From the human T2T-CHM13v2.0 reference genome, Homo sapiens: a DNA stretch of 64,000 nucleotides. Positions 33,748 to 53,577 of the stretch are shown here, in pieces. The translations under genes and the position numbers were made by a program. Positions within the stretch are counted from its first letter, which is position 1. Each line of letters starts with the position of its first letter. The stretch lies in the NCBI RefSeq assembly GCF_009914755.1, contig NC_060931.1. One strand, 5' to 3'. The notes beneath the pieces are model-generated. The model saw only the letters and a program-made list of their open reading frames with translations. It was not told where the DNA came from and ran no database searches.

Positions 33748-36338
33748 AAACTTATTGTTTTAATCCGAGCATTTATATTTAGAAGAATTAATTTAAATAT
33801 TTCTTACTATTTCTCTGTCGAATGTTTACTCTCATCTTATCTCAATGAAAGAAGTATTAAAAGTCTTATGGCCCCAAAAGAAACAAGCCAAACTGTACTG
33901 TCTTAAAAGTGATTCATTCTGAGCTTGAAACGACTCTGTCAGTGTTTGACATTGTCATTTCTAGTGGCATGTATCTTAACATTCTTTTCCTGCTTCAGGA
34001 ATGAAATCACTTGTCCTGCTGAGAAAATAAGGGGAAAACAAGATAGAAGTAAAAAACAACACACCTGTTGAACTATTTTCATAAAGATGGCGTTTTCACT
34101 TTCAAAAGAAATGAAAACCAGATGGTCTATGCTAAGAAGTGAAGGCATTTTGTTGTCTTCAGAACTGATCAACATGGTCATGATCATCATCAAATTTCTT
34201 GTTTCCAAAGGCCACTATTGTAGTACAGTCTCCAGCAGGATTTTGTACCATGTGCTGCCTTTGGAATAAAGTATTATAATGTATCTTGTCACCTTCATCA
34301 ACACCACCATTAAATATGTAAGTTCCTATATGTGACTTTTTCTGGGCATATTTGCATCAAAAATCACAGTCCTTGCCTCCTTGCTTGCTTTTACTCCATG
34401 AAACGCTTCATGAAGCAGAGCATGATTGTCAAGTGACCAGAGGATGACATTTGTAAGTGAACGTGGTATACTCACACATGCTATACTCATACTACATAAC
34501 TTAGTTTCTCCAAATCAACTGCAGTCCGTTTTATCTATGATATTCCTGGCTTCGTATAATGGTTTTGTAAAATACATTAAATACAATTAAGTCCGTTATT
34601 ACTATGCTGGAAATAACTAGGTCAGACAATGAAACCTTAGACTTTTGATTGGGGCTGTTTGGACTTGATCCAATGATAAGGTAATAAGGTTGTTGCAATT
34701 TCTCAAAGCATCTTAATTCTCAAACTGAAACATTTAGCAAATACATGGTGAATCTGGTGTAAACTTACAATCTAACAAATAATTTTCTTTCAACTCTTCT
34801 CTTTTTCTGCCTAACAATCTATACGAAATTGCCAATATCTAAGCAATCAAAAGTTTCTGAAATCTCTGTTTCCTTAGTAGAAATGACCTTGACAACTTAT
34901 TTTCTGAGATACCACTAGGCCTACTGTCTTTCATGCCATTTTATATAAACATTTTGATAGATACTCTGTCTTTTGTTTTTTATCTCTTCTCTTTTCAAGA
35001 GTCACTTGACTTTTTCAAATATTCTTAAAAGATAGATTTAGTTATTGTATTTTGGTCTACAATTTTGGACTTGGCAGTTTGTTTTACTAATGCAGAATTA
35101 TTCTTTTTGTTTCAAACATAGTTTGCCATCATCTGGCTACTACCTAATCATGTTGTACTAGTTATTGTGGAAAGAAAATTGTACATACATTTCCTTGTCC
35201 TTTGGGAGATGTCTTTGAGTCAAACCCACAAGCATGAACTCTCACCTGAAAGAAAACTGGAAAAGGAGAAACTTTAAATCAGTATGTTTTGAAAGGAAGA
35301 GATTTCCAGACTTTTTAAAGCAAATTGGAATCGTTTTATTTTTTTGTTTGGGCCTTAGGCACAATAGAAGCAAATGTTGCAATATTAAATATAATAGGGA
35401 GAGTTCACTGTTTCCTGGGACATTGTGGTCATGTCCTTAATCCTTCATTGTGATGCCCCTTCTTGGAGTTGGCATTTTGTGACAATTCATAGAGATCTTG
35501 CAGCAATATTTGGCTATTGGTTTTATTAACTTAAAATTCAACAGAAATGGAGTAATTAAAAAAAAAAACAAAAAACAGAGAAGAATTGCAAAATCTGAAG
35601 TGGAATGGCACTTCCTTGGGTATGTAAGGGTTGTTTTTAGATAAAACTCCCGATTTGTTCTTCCTACACTTTAATAGTCTCAAATTCTTTCTGGGGAAGC
35701 AACGTCAGTGTCTACCTCCACAGTAACTATGATATAGGAAATTGTCCTTTCAGTGGTTTCTAGGTATAACAAACAAGCCGTTAAAAATGAGTGACCATTT
35801 TGTAGGTTACAGCCTCAGCAATCTGTGTCATTTGAAAGCAAATATCCTGATATTTTTAAATAAGGTGAGCAGGGCAGGCAGGAAACCAATATTTAGTACT
35901 TTTGTGATTAAACATTCTAGACCAGGCTTGTTGATATGTATGCCAATAGCCTAGAATTTTTGGCTTAGTGTAAAATAAAAATGTCTTTTCTATTGTGGTC
36001 TGATATCCGTTTCTGTAATAAGATCAGTTTGTTGTCCTCTGTGCACCAGTGGTTTTGCCCTTAATTTTTTTTGGCTAGCATCACCAAGATCTGTCATCCA
36101 GAGCTGCTGAGAAAAATACATGTTGCCAAACTTTTCTTAAAATTGTGCTGCCAGTGGTATTTTCCCAGATGTGAAAAATAATAATCTAATAAAGGATTAA
36201 TATCTAATAACAATACCATTGTTGAACATGCTCATGGAATGTCCACCTTCTTCTGATTCCTTTTTTGTATTTGAAAATGCAATGGTGTGTTCCAAATTAT
36301 TGTTGGTGTTGTTAATGTCATGACTCTCCTTTGAATAG

Positions 36339-36450
36339 AATAAAATAACCCCTTTTGTTTTGTGTTTTCTACTGAATTAGATTTTCCTCTAGTCCTATGT
36401 GAATAAAAAGCTATTTGAAATAAAAGTGTTCTTATTTTTCTATGTCCTTG
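36339..36450 (+). terminator. HDAC9: Distal poly(A) signal cluster
   Basis: AATAAA at 36339, 36402 and 36419, followed by gtgttcttatttttctatgtcc (GU/U-rich). Confidence 0.75.
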
Positions 36451-39400
36451 GTGCCTACCATTAGACTCTGGATAGCAGATATTTGACGAATATTTGTTGG
36501 ATAAATACAATATTATGAAATATGAATTACCACAAAATGTACTATTCCATTTTCAAAAAAAAAGATTTACTTGTGAGTAAATCTCCCTTAAAATAATGTG
36601 AAAATTCACAAAAGAAGAAGTAAATTAAAACACAGTTGCTATTTGATTGTAGCTTGATGGTTAGAATAAAGAACAATAATAACTACCACTGATTAAGTAC
36701 CTTCCATGTGCCTGTCACTCTGCTGAACACTGTACCTGAATGATATTTAACCATCACACGAACCCTGCCTCATAGGTGTTATTAGTCTCATTTAGAGATG
36801 AGAACATCAAGCACTGAAAAGGTTAACGCACTGTTACAGTGACAGACGGGATTTGACCCTTATCTGCATGTATCTATCTTTGAAGTCTATCCTCTCCAAA
36901 TGTATATATGACACATCAAAGATGGCATACTAAAGATATTCTTTGACTAAAAAACTATGATTAACCTTCAGAACAGACTGTATGCTCAGTCTTTGCTAAG
37001 TTTTATTAAGTTATTTAAATCGATCTGGTAATTGTGGCTAGATTTGTACAGTAAGTACAAGTTTAAAAATGGTTGTTTCTATTCCTATATCAACAACTTT
37101 CTCTAATCTAGCCAAGAACCCTAAGATATCTTTAGAGCACATACTCCAAAAACTGTTTAAATATTCCAAGACCAATACTTATTTTTGTATTTTATAACCC
37201 CCTGCAATGTTTAACATTCTAAAATATAACTGTTTCTAATGGACAATGGTTTGGGTTCCTTCTGGGAAAAGATAGTAATATTTTGTCTAACAAAAGGTAA
37301 ATGAGATGGAGTGGGTGGGTAGACTGAGTTTCAATGGTAAACACCTTTGATTTAATCAGATTTGTCAAATGGCAAATGTTACTTTGTGGTTCTTTGTTTC
37401 ATTTAAGTTTCCATGGTAAAAAGCGAACAGTTGAAAAAGTGGAGCCTATGTTTAAAAATTAAGAATGAATGTCATATTGTTATTTTAAAAGAGTAGTTTG
37501 TAGTTGAAAAAGGAAGCCTAAAGAATATCTTTCACTACTTAACACTTTTGTGGTGCTTTAGGGTTATTGAACCCAAAATATTTCCAAATATTGTAATTAC
37601 CCCTCAAATTTGTAATATCAATAGGCTATACAAATTCCTATGGTCTTCCAGGTTGACCATAAATAGATAATTCCCCACATGTCCTAATAATTACTTTGGA
37701 AAAGACTGACAGCTGTTCTTTCAAATGTCCTACGAAAAGCAAAGTCAGATTCAGGAAAATAGATGAAAAGATGAATGAATTCCTTCTGTAATCTTTAAAA
37801 AAAAACTGGAGAAATAAGAGGATTTTTTAAAAGATTGCATTCACCTCAGATCAAATCAAATTTAAAGGTCTTAGTGTATCTAGAAAAGGTATTAACTCCA
37901 TAATGAAAGCTTATACATTTAAAATATAATATAATCCCATATATATTTTTTCCTAAAAAATATTTTTTTCCAAAAAAAGTAAGGTTTAAAAACTTAAGAT
38001 GTGATAAAGTGAATCAATTTAATGGTATACTAAAAAGTAAATCTTTTAATAAATTATGTATTTATGAAGATTTATTCTTAACCAAATGTGAAGACTTTAC
38101 ATCCATGTAAAATGAGGTGGTTTCTTTTAAGAATGTGTATTTTTAGTGCACAATTTTTATTTTTTCTCCTTTGTTAAACAGGTTTTGTTTTGGTTGTCTT
38201 ATTTATTCTAAAAATAAAAATATTAATAGCTATTTACCACTTACCCTGTGCTCTTATTTAAATCTCACAACAAACCCATGAGAGGGGTAATTTAATGATG
38301 AGTAAATTACAATATAAATACCAGAACAAAGCTCATCTTATTTACTGCTAACCAATTAGTGCATACAATGTAATCAACATTCACTGACGGCCTACAATAT
38401 GTCACAAGTATTCAGTACTTGTTCTCAGAATAGCATGAAAAATAGCAAGAAAATTGGCAATACATATAAAGGAAATGAAAATTTCATTAAATCTCCATCT
38501 GATATAACTACAAAAGAAATATTACCACAAAATAGGTTTGGCTTTAGAATTGTGTGACACTAAGACTTTCTAAAAAATATGACTTCTCTTTTTTCTTCAT
38601 AGAATTATAATATAGACGCAGAGATACAATAGATTTAAGAAATATGTGTGGTCTAAATTACATATAATTATATTCATGGAAAGATTTGGGCACAGCCCTA
38701 TCAAGAAAGTAGATATGATAAGAGTATCTGTTCAAGTCCCTTTCATCCCTAAGGTCTACCAGATCAACATTCAATTTAAAAGCATGTAATGTTAAGATGT
38801 ATAAAGACAGGAGATTAATTTTGTAGAAATCCTTAAAAAAAAAAAAAAACCTTAGAAATTGCTTTCTAAATTCCAGTCATTTGCTTTTCTCCCATTATTT
38901 TGTTTTAAAAAAATTAGTTGATTATAATTTCTGGAGAGACACGTCCCCAACAGTCAAATTTGTTAATAACCATTTTGGCTTTACTCCATTGCCCCTTAAT
39001 AAAGCATAATTTCCAAACTCTTTTACTTTTCAAACACTGATCTTAATAAGCAGTTTTTTAAATTGTTTCATCGGACCCCAAATCCTGACAGACTGTAACA
39101 CCCTCAATCAGGCAGATTGTACTTAGAGGTGTTCTCTGGGCCATTAATGCTGTGCTACCATTTTGAAGTTTTAGTTTTCCTATTTTAAAATCCAGCCTGT
39201 ATTTAACCAGATACATTCTGACTTCTTTTTCATGGTTACATAGAGTGCCCTTTCTCCCACTAGACTATTAAATTTAGCTCAGAAGTCCCAAACAACCAAA
39301 AACACTGCTTTGCAATTAGTACATATTTATAAAGGATGGCTACAGGCTATAAAGTAGTCATTTCTTGTCACCACTTCTTTTAAGCTCAATGGAAAGTGGA

Positions 39401-39486
39401 TGGAAAAGTATATGGTGCCCCATATAATAATCTGTGTTAAAAAATCAGTGTCCTTGGTGTTGAGATCAAACCAAGTCAGATGTTTA

Positions 39487-40921
<1,435 letters not shown>

Positions 40922-41499
40922 AAGAAACAATTTTAAAAGCAGATAAATGTACAAATCTTGTTTATACTCTTAACAATATTCAAGTTTAGTAGATGTATTC
41001 CCAGAGTATTTCCAGAAAAGAGAATGAAGGCCTGGGAATCCAGACTTTTAGTTTCCAGCCCTATTTCTGCAACAACCCTGCTTGTGACATTTGGCAAGTT
41101 CATTACCTTCTCATAGCCTTCATTTCTTTATTATTTCCTATTTAATGATTTGAAAGTTATACATCCAACTTTTATTATTTAAAAATATACATTATATGTC
41201 TATTATTTTACTCAAACTAGTCAAATGCAGAATTGACTTAAAAGTCATTTCTCTTAACTACACGTCTACTCTCCACTTGCAGAAAACAAGGACCAAAAAC
41301 TGTATTGAGTCCTACATATTCTATTTTATCCTACATATCATTATTGCCTAGCATTTAGTTTCACTTTATTTTTAAACCTTGATTTTATTTAGAGCAATTA
41401 TTGATACATGTGTATGACTATTTATATAAATCCAGTTATAATACAAAGGTTGTCAATAATTATTGCTAATATCTTTGCTCAATAATTTTGGTTATGCCT

Positions 41500-43010
41500 C
41501 ACACTTCATTTCTTTCTTCTTTCAGGATGGGAGTGATTAACTTTCTTCTAGCTTGCCTGTCTGAGATGAATTTATTTTTTATTTTTTGGCCTCACTCTTG
41601 AATGATCGTGGCTGGGTATAGAATTCTAGATCGCCAATTATCTTTTTCTCAGCACTGTGATAACATCATTTTATTGTATTCTTGCCTCTACTTTCACTGC
41701 CAAGGTGTCTGTAATTGCTTAATAATTGTTCCTTTGAAAATAATCTTTTTTCTTTTGGCATTTTAAGATCCTCTCTGTGAGCAAGTGTGATTGTGTGTGT
41801 GTGTATGTGTGTGTAAGCTGCAAGGGACTGACTGTGTTTCCTAAATGTAAAAATTCCATTATTTCCTGTATTCCGGAAAATTCTAAGTTATCTATGATTG
41901 ATAATAGCTCCCCTAGTCTTCTATTCCATTTTTTCCTAATTCTTGTTAGATAGAACTCTTGTTAGATATATACTGATAAGCCTTATTCTATACTTTATGT
42001 CATTCAACTTGTCTTTTACATTTTCCACTGCATTGTTTCTTTATGCTGTCTTTGAATAATTTCCTCTAAAACTGCAGATCTAATTTTATGCATTTTTATA
42101 CTATAAATTTTAACTTTCAAAAACATTATTCATTTTTAAAGACGTACTTAATTTTTAAATATTCCACTATTCTAGTCTTATTTCTTTATTGCTTAGATTT
42201 CTTACTTTATATTTTAATAATTTTCTACACATTTAGTTTATAGTCTCTATCAGAGTTCTCTGTGATCTCATACTTAAGTACTTGCTTACATTAATTTGGT
42301 TACTCCTCTAAAACTATTTTATCATGAGCTAATTTTTGGTAGGGCTTTTATCTGTGAGAATTACATGTTATCTGGATTGAAGACATATCCCTCTCAGGTA
42401 GTTTTTTATTTCCTTCTGACAGGCATTTCAGTAGTTTTACTACCTAGGACCCCTTTAATGCTTATTACTACTATTTTGCTTATGGATTATTTGGCCATAT
42501 GACTAATATAAATTTAAATTTAAAAATCTATGTCCAGGCTTAACAATCTCAGAAGAAACTTTTTATACCCACCTAGTCTGCACAAAGAAACAACCAACTT
42601 CCTCATCATTCTGTCATCAGTGGGAAGACATTTTTTCATTCTACTCTCCCACCTGGGAGCAGCCTTTCAAGGTTCCTGATCAATTGTGAATGCCTGTGAT
42701 AGGATGAGCTTCTCATTTTCAATTATCTGTCTCAAGAAGTCCAAGAGTTCATCTTCTGTCTTTATGCAGGTATTAAAACATAAACCCTTGGGTTACTTAT
42801 ACTGGCAACTTATACTCCACAACCCCATCCCAAGCCAATGACACCATCAGCTCTCCCACGTGCCACTTTCTTTTTCAGTGCCTTCTTCCTTCCTGGTATT
42901 TCTAGCACTGAATTTAGCTATGCATTTAAAAGAATATTCCACTCAGCATCTCTTGAACCTTATGGCAGGGGTGTTGCAGTTTACCTGGTCTTTCACATTG
43001 ATGAGAATTG
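41500..43010 (-). mobile_element. Old L1M fragment
   Basis: ggctgggtatagaattctag...tttctcagcact, typical of reverse L1M ORF1 text. Confidence 0.55.
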
Positions 43011-43767
43011 GAAGTGGCCTCAGTCTCCAGCCATGAAAGGACATCTCTAGGGTTCTCTTTAGCTCTGTTATTTTGCGAATTCTTCATATGTATAAAATTG
43101 ACACTTTAGCTTCTGAAACTGCTAGTCATTCCATTACTTGAAAGAGCTCCTCATTGTGGATAATGGGCAGCCAGTGCCTTAACAGTTTTTGACAAACTGA
43201 AAATGATTAAAAAGTTTGCAGGCTGCTTCCGGAGAGAAATTACAAATTAGAAACACATAGATCATCTGCAGAGATTTGATGTTTAATGCACCCACTGAAA
43301 ACTGTCTCTGACAATGGGTGCTGGTAGTCCTTTCTTTGGTGGTATGTGTTTAATCTTATTGTTCGCATCAAATAAAAAGAGAAGGGAATAGTAGTGAGTG
43401 CCACTTGTCTGAACCTTAGAAATGAGGTTCATTTTCTTCACTGTCAAAACATGACAGGAAAACAGATACTCGTTACATGTTGAAGAGTGAAAGATTTGAG
43501 CTAATGCTTGGCAGGAACATACATAGCTGAGGTTTCATTTCTTTGTACGTACTGTGGCCATGTTAAAGTTCAGTCTTCACATTCCTTTCTGGTGAAAAAG
43601 AGATTTAATGAACATGCTACATGTTTCTTTTAGCTGCTAAATGACATGCGTCTTCTCCTTATGACTACTTTTTTTTGAGTATCTTGGAAATATTGTGTGT
43701 GGCTATCTTTCTGACTAAAAAGTACTCATTGAGAAGGATGAGGAGCCATTACTGTGGGACAAAAACA

Positions 43768-43778
43768 TTTTCCCGCAA
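43768..43778 (+). promoter_or_regulatory. E2F-type motif TTTTCCCGC; G at 43775 is probably rs2107595 (non-risk allele)
   Basis: Motif seen directly in a unique block ~7.35 kb past the distal poly(A) site. SNP identity is recalled from the locus literature, not looked up. Confidence 0.8.
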
Positions 43779-44276
43779 AAAAGAATGTACAAGCACACAA
43801 AAAAGATGTGGGATTTTTATGAATCATATCCTGTAATTTTTCACTTTTTTTCCAGCTACCTCCTTCTCAGAACAGAATCCAAGAAAACCAAAGTAAACTA
43901 TTTGTGCTGTGTGCAAAAATTTTGCCAAATTGAATTACATAATTCATCTAGCAGATTTGATGAGTTCCTGGATGCAATTTGCAAATTTGCATTTTGGGCA
44001 GAAGAAAATAATGCATTTGTTATATATGAAAAAACACAGTGTTTGTTATGAAACCATATTTTGTAATTGCTCAGGAATGTCTCTGTATATATGTACAGTG
44101 TGTGTACTTAGGCATGAAACTTGGCTATTTATCATGTATACTTCAGAATATTTTACAGTGCACATAGTGAACTATGGAATCATATTAATGAATTTCTAGA
44201 AACTAAGCATTTTTATACAAATACAAATTATGATATTGAAATATTAAATATGTTAAGTAAATATTTGGCCAACTTT

Positions 44277-44570
44277 TTTTTTTTTTTTGAGATGGAGTCT
44301 TGCTCGACACGTCGCCAGGCTGGAGTGCAGTGGCACAATCTCAGCTCACTGCAACCTCTGCCTCCCGGGTTCAAGCAATTCTCTGCCTCAGCCTCCCAAG
44401 TAGCTGGGATTACAGGTGCACGCTACCATACCTGGCTAATTTTTTTCTATTTTTAGTAAAGATGGGGTTTCACCATCTTGGCCAGGCTGCTCTTGAATTC
44501 TTGACCTCTTGAACTCCACCTCGGCCTCCCAAAGTGCTGGGATTACAGGCATGAGCCACCACGTCTGGCC
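44277..44570 (-). mobile_element. AluS
   Basis: TSD TTGGCCAACTTT at 44265-44276 and 44571-44582. Confidence 0.94.
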
Positions 44571-44694
44571 TTGGCCAACTTTCAAAACTCCTAGGTAAAG
44601 GAAATATTCTAACATTGATGCAGCATACCTGGATTCATGGTATATTACTCACCATTTATTAAAGTAAACATTCTAAATTATAAAGGAAAGTACC

Positions 44695-46019
44695 ATCAGC
44701 AAGATGGTGGAATAGGGTGCCCCAGGATCTTGTTCCCTTACAGAAATACCAGGTTAACAACGAAATGCTGATAAAAATAACTTTATGCACACTCTGGAAA
44801 CTAGTTAAAGATCTACATTAACCAAGTAAATACCCAATAAAGAAAAAGCCATATTCAAATGGTAGGAAATTTCAAGTTTTTTTCATCCATCTTTGCCTCA
44901 CTCTTTGCACTGGGATCAGGAGGAAGCGGCCTATCTTAATCTACTTGGCCGCTGTAACAAAATTTCATAAATTGGGTGACATAAGCAACTGACATTTATT
45001 TATCACAGTACTGGAGGCAGGAAAATCAGAGAATAAGTCTCCAGCATGGGCAGGTTAGGGTGAGGGCCATCTTCCTGGATTGCAAATATCTGCCTTCTTG
45101 CTGTATCCTCACATGGTGGAGACAGGAAGCTATGGCATTTATTTCTCTTCTTATAGGGGCACTAATCACATCATGGGGGCTTTGATCTGATGACCAGATC
45201 TAAACCTAATTATCTACCAAATGCCCTAACTCCTAATACTATGACATCGAGGGTTAAGGCTTCAAGGTATGAATTGAAGAGGGACAAACATTCGGTCTAC
45301 GGTATGGCACAATGTCTGGTTCTCTACCTCAGGCCAGAAACAGCAGAGTAAATTGTTGGCAAAGTAGTTCGGTCCTGTCTGTGGGTTGCTCAGGGACTGG
45401 TATCTGTCTCACGGCACAGACAGGAAATGGTAGCATAGTTTAGATCTGAGGCTAGAAGCCGTGGATGATAGTGATGGACAATGACATGTGAAAACTGCAG
45501 GAAGACTACACACTTGTACCCACCCGGGGCAAATGATTGATTATGGGCAAAGGAATATAATAGAGCATCTAAGGCCCCAAGAAGAAGCTGGAGTTAAGAC
45601 TCTTTGGGAAATTAAGACACTTAAAAGCAGCCAGGAGAATTCAGGGGAAAAAATTTTAAAAAGCACACATATAGACCCAAACAAATGCATGCTGCCAAAG
45701 ACCTGATAAGACTACCTTGGGCTAACCTCAAGGTTCAGGGTCCTGTTAATCAGTAAAAGACTTCCATGCCAATTTTAAAGACTGGAGAAAGCGGCTATTT
45801 GATGAAATGTCCAATAGTCAACAAAAACTCACAAGTCATACAAAGAAACAGGGAAATATAGCCAGTGTAAAGGAACAAAATCAATCTCCAGAAACAGTCT
45901 CCAAAGAAACAAAGACTTTAAGACATCTGTCTTAAATATGCTTAAAAGGCTAAAAGAAATAGAGACAAACAAATAAATGAAACAGGGACAAGGACTAAAG
46001 AAAATCAGTAAAACAAATT
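44695..46019 (+). mobile_element. Old L1M 5' end and ORF1 start (interrupted by MLT1A-like LTR)
   Basis: caagatggtggaatagg start. ORF1-like A-rich text that resumes at ~50470. Confidence 0.65.
44932..45305 (-). mobile_element. MaLR LTR (MLT1A-like)
   Basis: gctgtaacaaaatt...cacagtactggagg...gggacaaacattcggtctac. Confidence 0.75.
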
Positions 46020-46319
46020 GGGTGGATTTTTTGGCTATTTAAGTGTTTTGTTTGATATTTTACATGTAATTTAAGATTTAGACAATATTGTAATCATAGA
46101 GTATGATTTTCATTTAAAGGTCATTTAGTTAAGGGTCTCTTTTTTCATTCCTATTCTTTAGGTGACCCAGCTAAAAGTTTTGCTACATTAAAGACTTCAT
46201 ATAAATTCATATGATTTAAAGCATTTTCAGCAGTAAATCTGCATGCTAGATAAGAAATGAAAGGGATCAAAGAGGAAATAAGTGATGCAAGGCTGCTAGG
46301 TAGAAATAAAATAATTTTC

Positions 46320-50455
<4,136 letters not shown>

Positions 50456-50469
50456 GCAGGGAAAAGAAA

Positions 50470-52890
50470 AAAAATTTTGAACAAAATGAGGATGCCAACA
50501 AAATATAGAATTTATTGTAATAAATCAAACACAAATTCTGGAGCTGAAAAATACCACATCAAAATAAAAGTTTACTAGACAATTTCAACAAAAAACGTGA
50601 ATGGACAGAGAAAATGACCAACATACTTGAAGGTAGGCCATTGCAAATTATTAAGTCTAAAGTGCAAAAAGAAAAAACAATGAAAAGTGAACAGAGCTGA
50701 AAGGACTTACAGGATACCACCAAGTGGGTCAATATGTACATTATGGGAGTCATAGAAGTGAAAGATGTAGAGAAAGGGCAAAATCAGTTAATTTAAGAAA
50801 TGTTAGCTGAAAATCTTCCAAATTTGAGGAAAGGCATGGATATACAAACTCACGAAGCTCCATATACTCCAAGTAGAATGAAGGAAAAGAGACTGACACT
50901 GAGACACATTATAATCAAGCCGTAGAAAAAGACAAAGAGGAAATCTTGAAAGCATCAAGAGAAAAGCAGTACCCCCTCATGTACAAGAGATTCTCAATAA
51001 GACTCAGCAGACTTTTGGCAGAAACATTGCAAGCCAGAAGATAGTGGAATGACATATTTTAAATGCTGAAAAAAAAAACCCACAACTTTTTAAAGAGAAT
51101 TCTATGTCTGGCAAAACTGTCCTTCAAAAATGTGGAAAATTTTTAGACATTCACAGATAAACAAGCTAAGTGTGTTTATTATCATTAAACCTGCTCTATG
51201 AGTAATGTTAAAGAGAGTCATTCAAGAATACACAAAATGGAACTAGATCATAAATCAAAGCCATAGAGAAAGATGAAGTTCTCCAGTAAAGGTAGATATA
51301 TGGACCAATATACAAAACGGTGTTATTGTAATTTTGGTTTGAAACCACTTTTATTTTCAACAGGATTTAAAAGACAAATGAATAGAAAATGAACTTAATT
51401 CTATGCTTACGAGAATAAAATATGAAAATGTAACTTTTGGTATCATTTACATAAATAAGGAGTTTCTTAAGCTGTGAAAGAACAGAGCTTTGTATGCACT
51501 GGAAGTTAAATTGGTATCAGTATAAAACTGATTATCATAATCTTAAGATATTAGGTGTAATCCCTATAGTAACCACAAGGATACTACCTATAGAATATAC
51601 TGAAAAGTAAAGGAGAAAAGATCAGATATTTTCACTAAAAAAAAAAAAAAAAAGAGAGAGAACTAAACACAAAAAAAGTATTGGAAGAATTGATAAAATG
51701 GCAAAAGTAAATGCTTTTCTATCAGTAATCACTTTGTAAATAATTAAACTTCTCAATAAAAAGACAGATTGTCAGAATTGATGTTCTTACACAAAAGGAT
51801 TAAACTGTATGCTGTTTACAAGAAACATGCTTTAGCTTTAAGGACACACTTAGGTAGAAAGTGAAAGGATAAAAAAGGTGTTTCATAGAAATGGTAATAA
51901 AAAGGGAACAGGGTGGCTATACTTACATCAGAAAAAAATAAGTCAAAAACTGTCACAAGAAACAAACAAGGATATTATATAATGATAAAAGGGTCAATTC
52001 AATAGAAAGATATAACAATTGCCAATATACAGACACTCAACGCCAGAGCCCCTAAAATATATAAAGCAAACATTGAGGGTAATAAAGGGAGAAATAGGCA
52101 GCAATATGATAATAATTAAAGACTTTAATATGACTTTCAATAATGGTAGAACAATCAGATGGAAATTCAACAAAGAAATTGTAGATGTGAATAACACTAT
52201 AGACGAAGGTAAAAAACATTGCATACAATGCCAGCAGAGTATATATTTGTTTCAAGCACACCTAGAACATTCTCTAGGATAGATCATATGTTAGGTCACA
52301 AAACAAGTCTCAGTGAATATAAGAAGACTGAAATCGTAGCAAGTACCTTTTCTGGCCACAAGAGAATAAAACTAGAAATCAATAGCAGAAGAAAAACTAG
52401 AAAATTTACAAATATATGGAAATTAAATAATACACTTATACAACCAATGGCTTAAAAAAGAAATCACAAGGAAAATTGGAAAATGTCTTTGAGAGAAAAA
52501 AAAAATGAAAACACAACATACCAAAACACATGATATGCTGTGAAAACAGTGCTAAGACGGAAGTTGATAGCTGTAAACACATTCAAAAGAAAGAATGGTC
52601 TCAAATCAATAACTTAAGTTTACACATCTAGTTAAGACATTAGAAAATTAAGAACAAACTAAACCCAAGCTAGTAGAAGAAAGGAAATTGCAAAGATTAG
52701 AGCAGAGATGAATTAAATCGAGAATAGAAAAGCAGAGAACGTCAATGAAACCAAGAGTTGGGTTTTCAAATACATCGACAGAATTCACAAAACTTTACCT
52801 AGATTGACTAAGAAAAAAAGAGAAAAGACCCAAATAACTAAAATCAGAAATGAAAGAAGGGGCATTACTACTGATTTTATTGAAACAGAA
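50470..52890 (+). mobile_element. Continuation of the old L1M (ORF1, ORF2 endonuclease)
   Basis: ORF 52219-52455 TFSRIDHMLGHKTSL...IKLEIN...WKLNN. Confidence 0.85.
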
Positions 52891-52891
52891 A

Positions 52892-53371
52892 GGATTATGT
52901 AGGCAGAGGAGCCCTAAGATCTGTAGTTGGCAAGCTGGAGACTGAGGAGAGTTGATGGTACAGTGCCAGTCTATGTCCGAAAGCCTGAGAACCCGGAAAG
53001 TTGAAGGTGTAGTTACAGTCCAAGGGCCAGTGGGCTTGAGACCCAGGAAAAACTGATGTTCCAGTTTGAATCTGAAGGCAGGAAACAAACAAACAACAAC
53101 CACAACAACAACAAAAACTGATTTCCCAGCCCAAATGTAGGGTGGAATCCCCTTACTTTAGGACAGTCAGCTGTTTTGTTCTATTCAGACTTTCAACTGG
53201 TTGGATGACAGTCATCCACATTGAGGAAAACAATCTGTTTTACTCCATCTATAGATTGAAATGTTACTCCTACCCAAAAACACCCTCACAGACACATCCA
53301 GAATAATGTTTGTCCAAATGTCTGGGAGCCCTATGGTCCAGTCAAATAGACACATAAAATTAACCCTCATA
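52892..53371 (-). mobile_element. MLT2 LTR (3' LTR of ERV-L)
   Basis: gcaagctggagac...gacacataaaattaacc terminus. Confidence 0.8.
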
Positions 53372-53577
53372 AGTACACCCCTTGTCAATTTAGAGTCTAT
53401 ACCCATCTCCTTAAAGCAAATCTAATCTCCCATATCCACCTGACATGATACAAGTATTCTGCATATCACTAAAAAAGCACTACCTCTTCCCCTAAAGAGG
53501 AGGTAAAGTTCTTGAGTGATGTCTACTCTTCTCCTTCATATCCCATATGTTAAATACTATGATGTAAAGTTAACACA

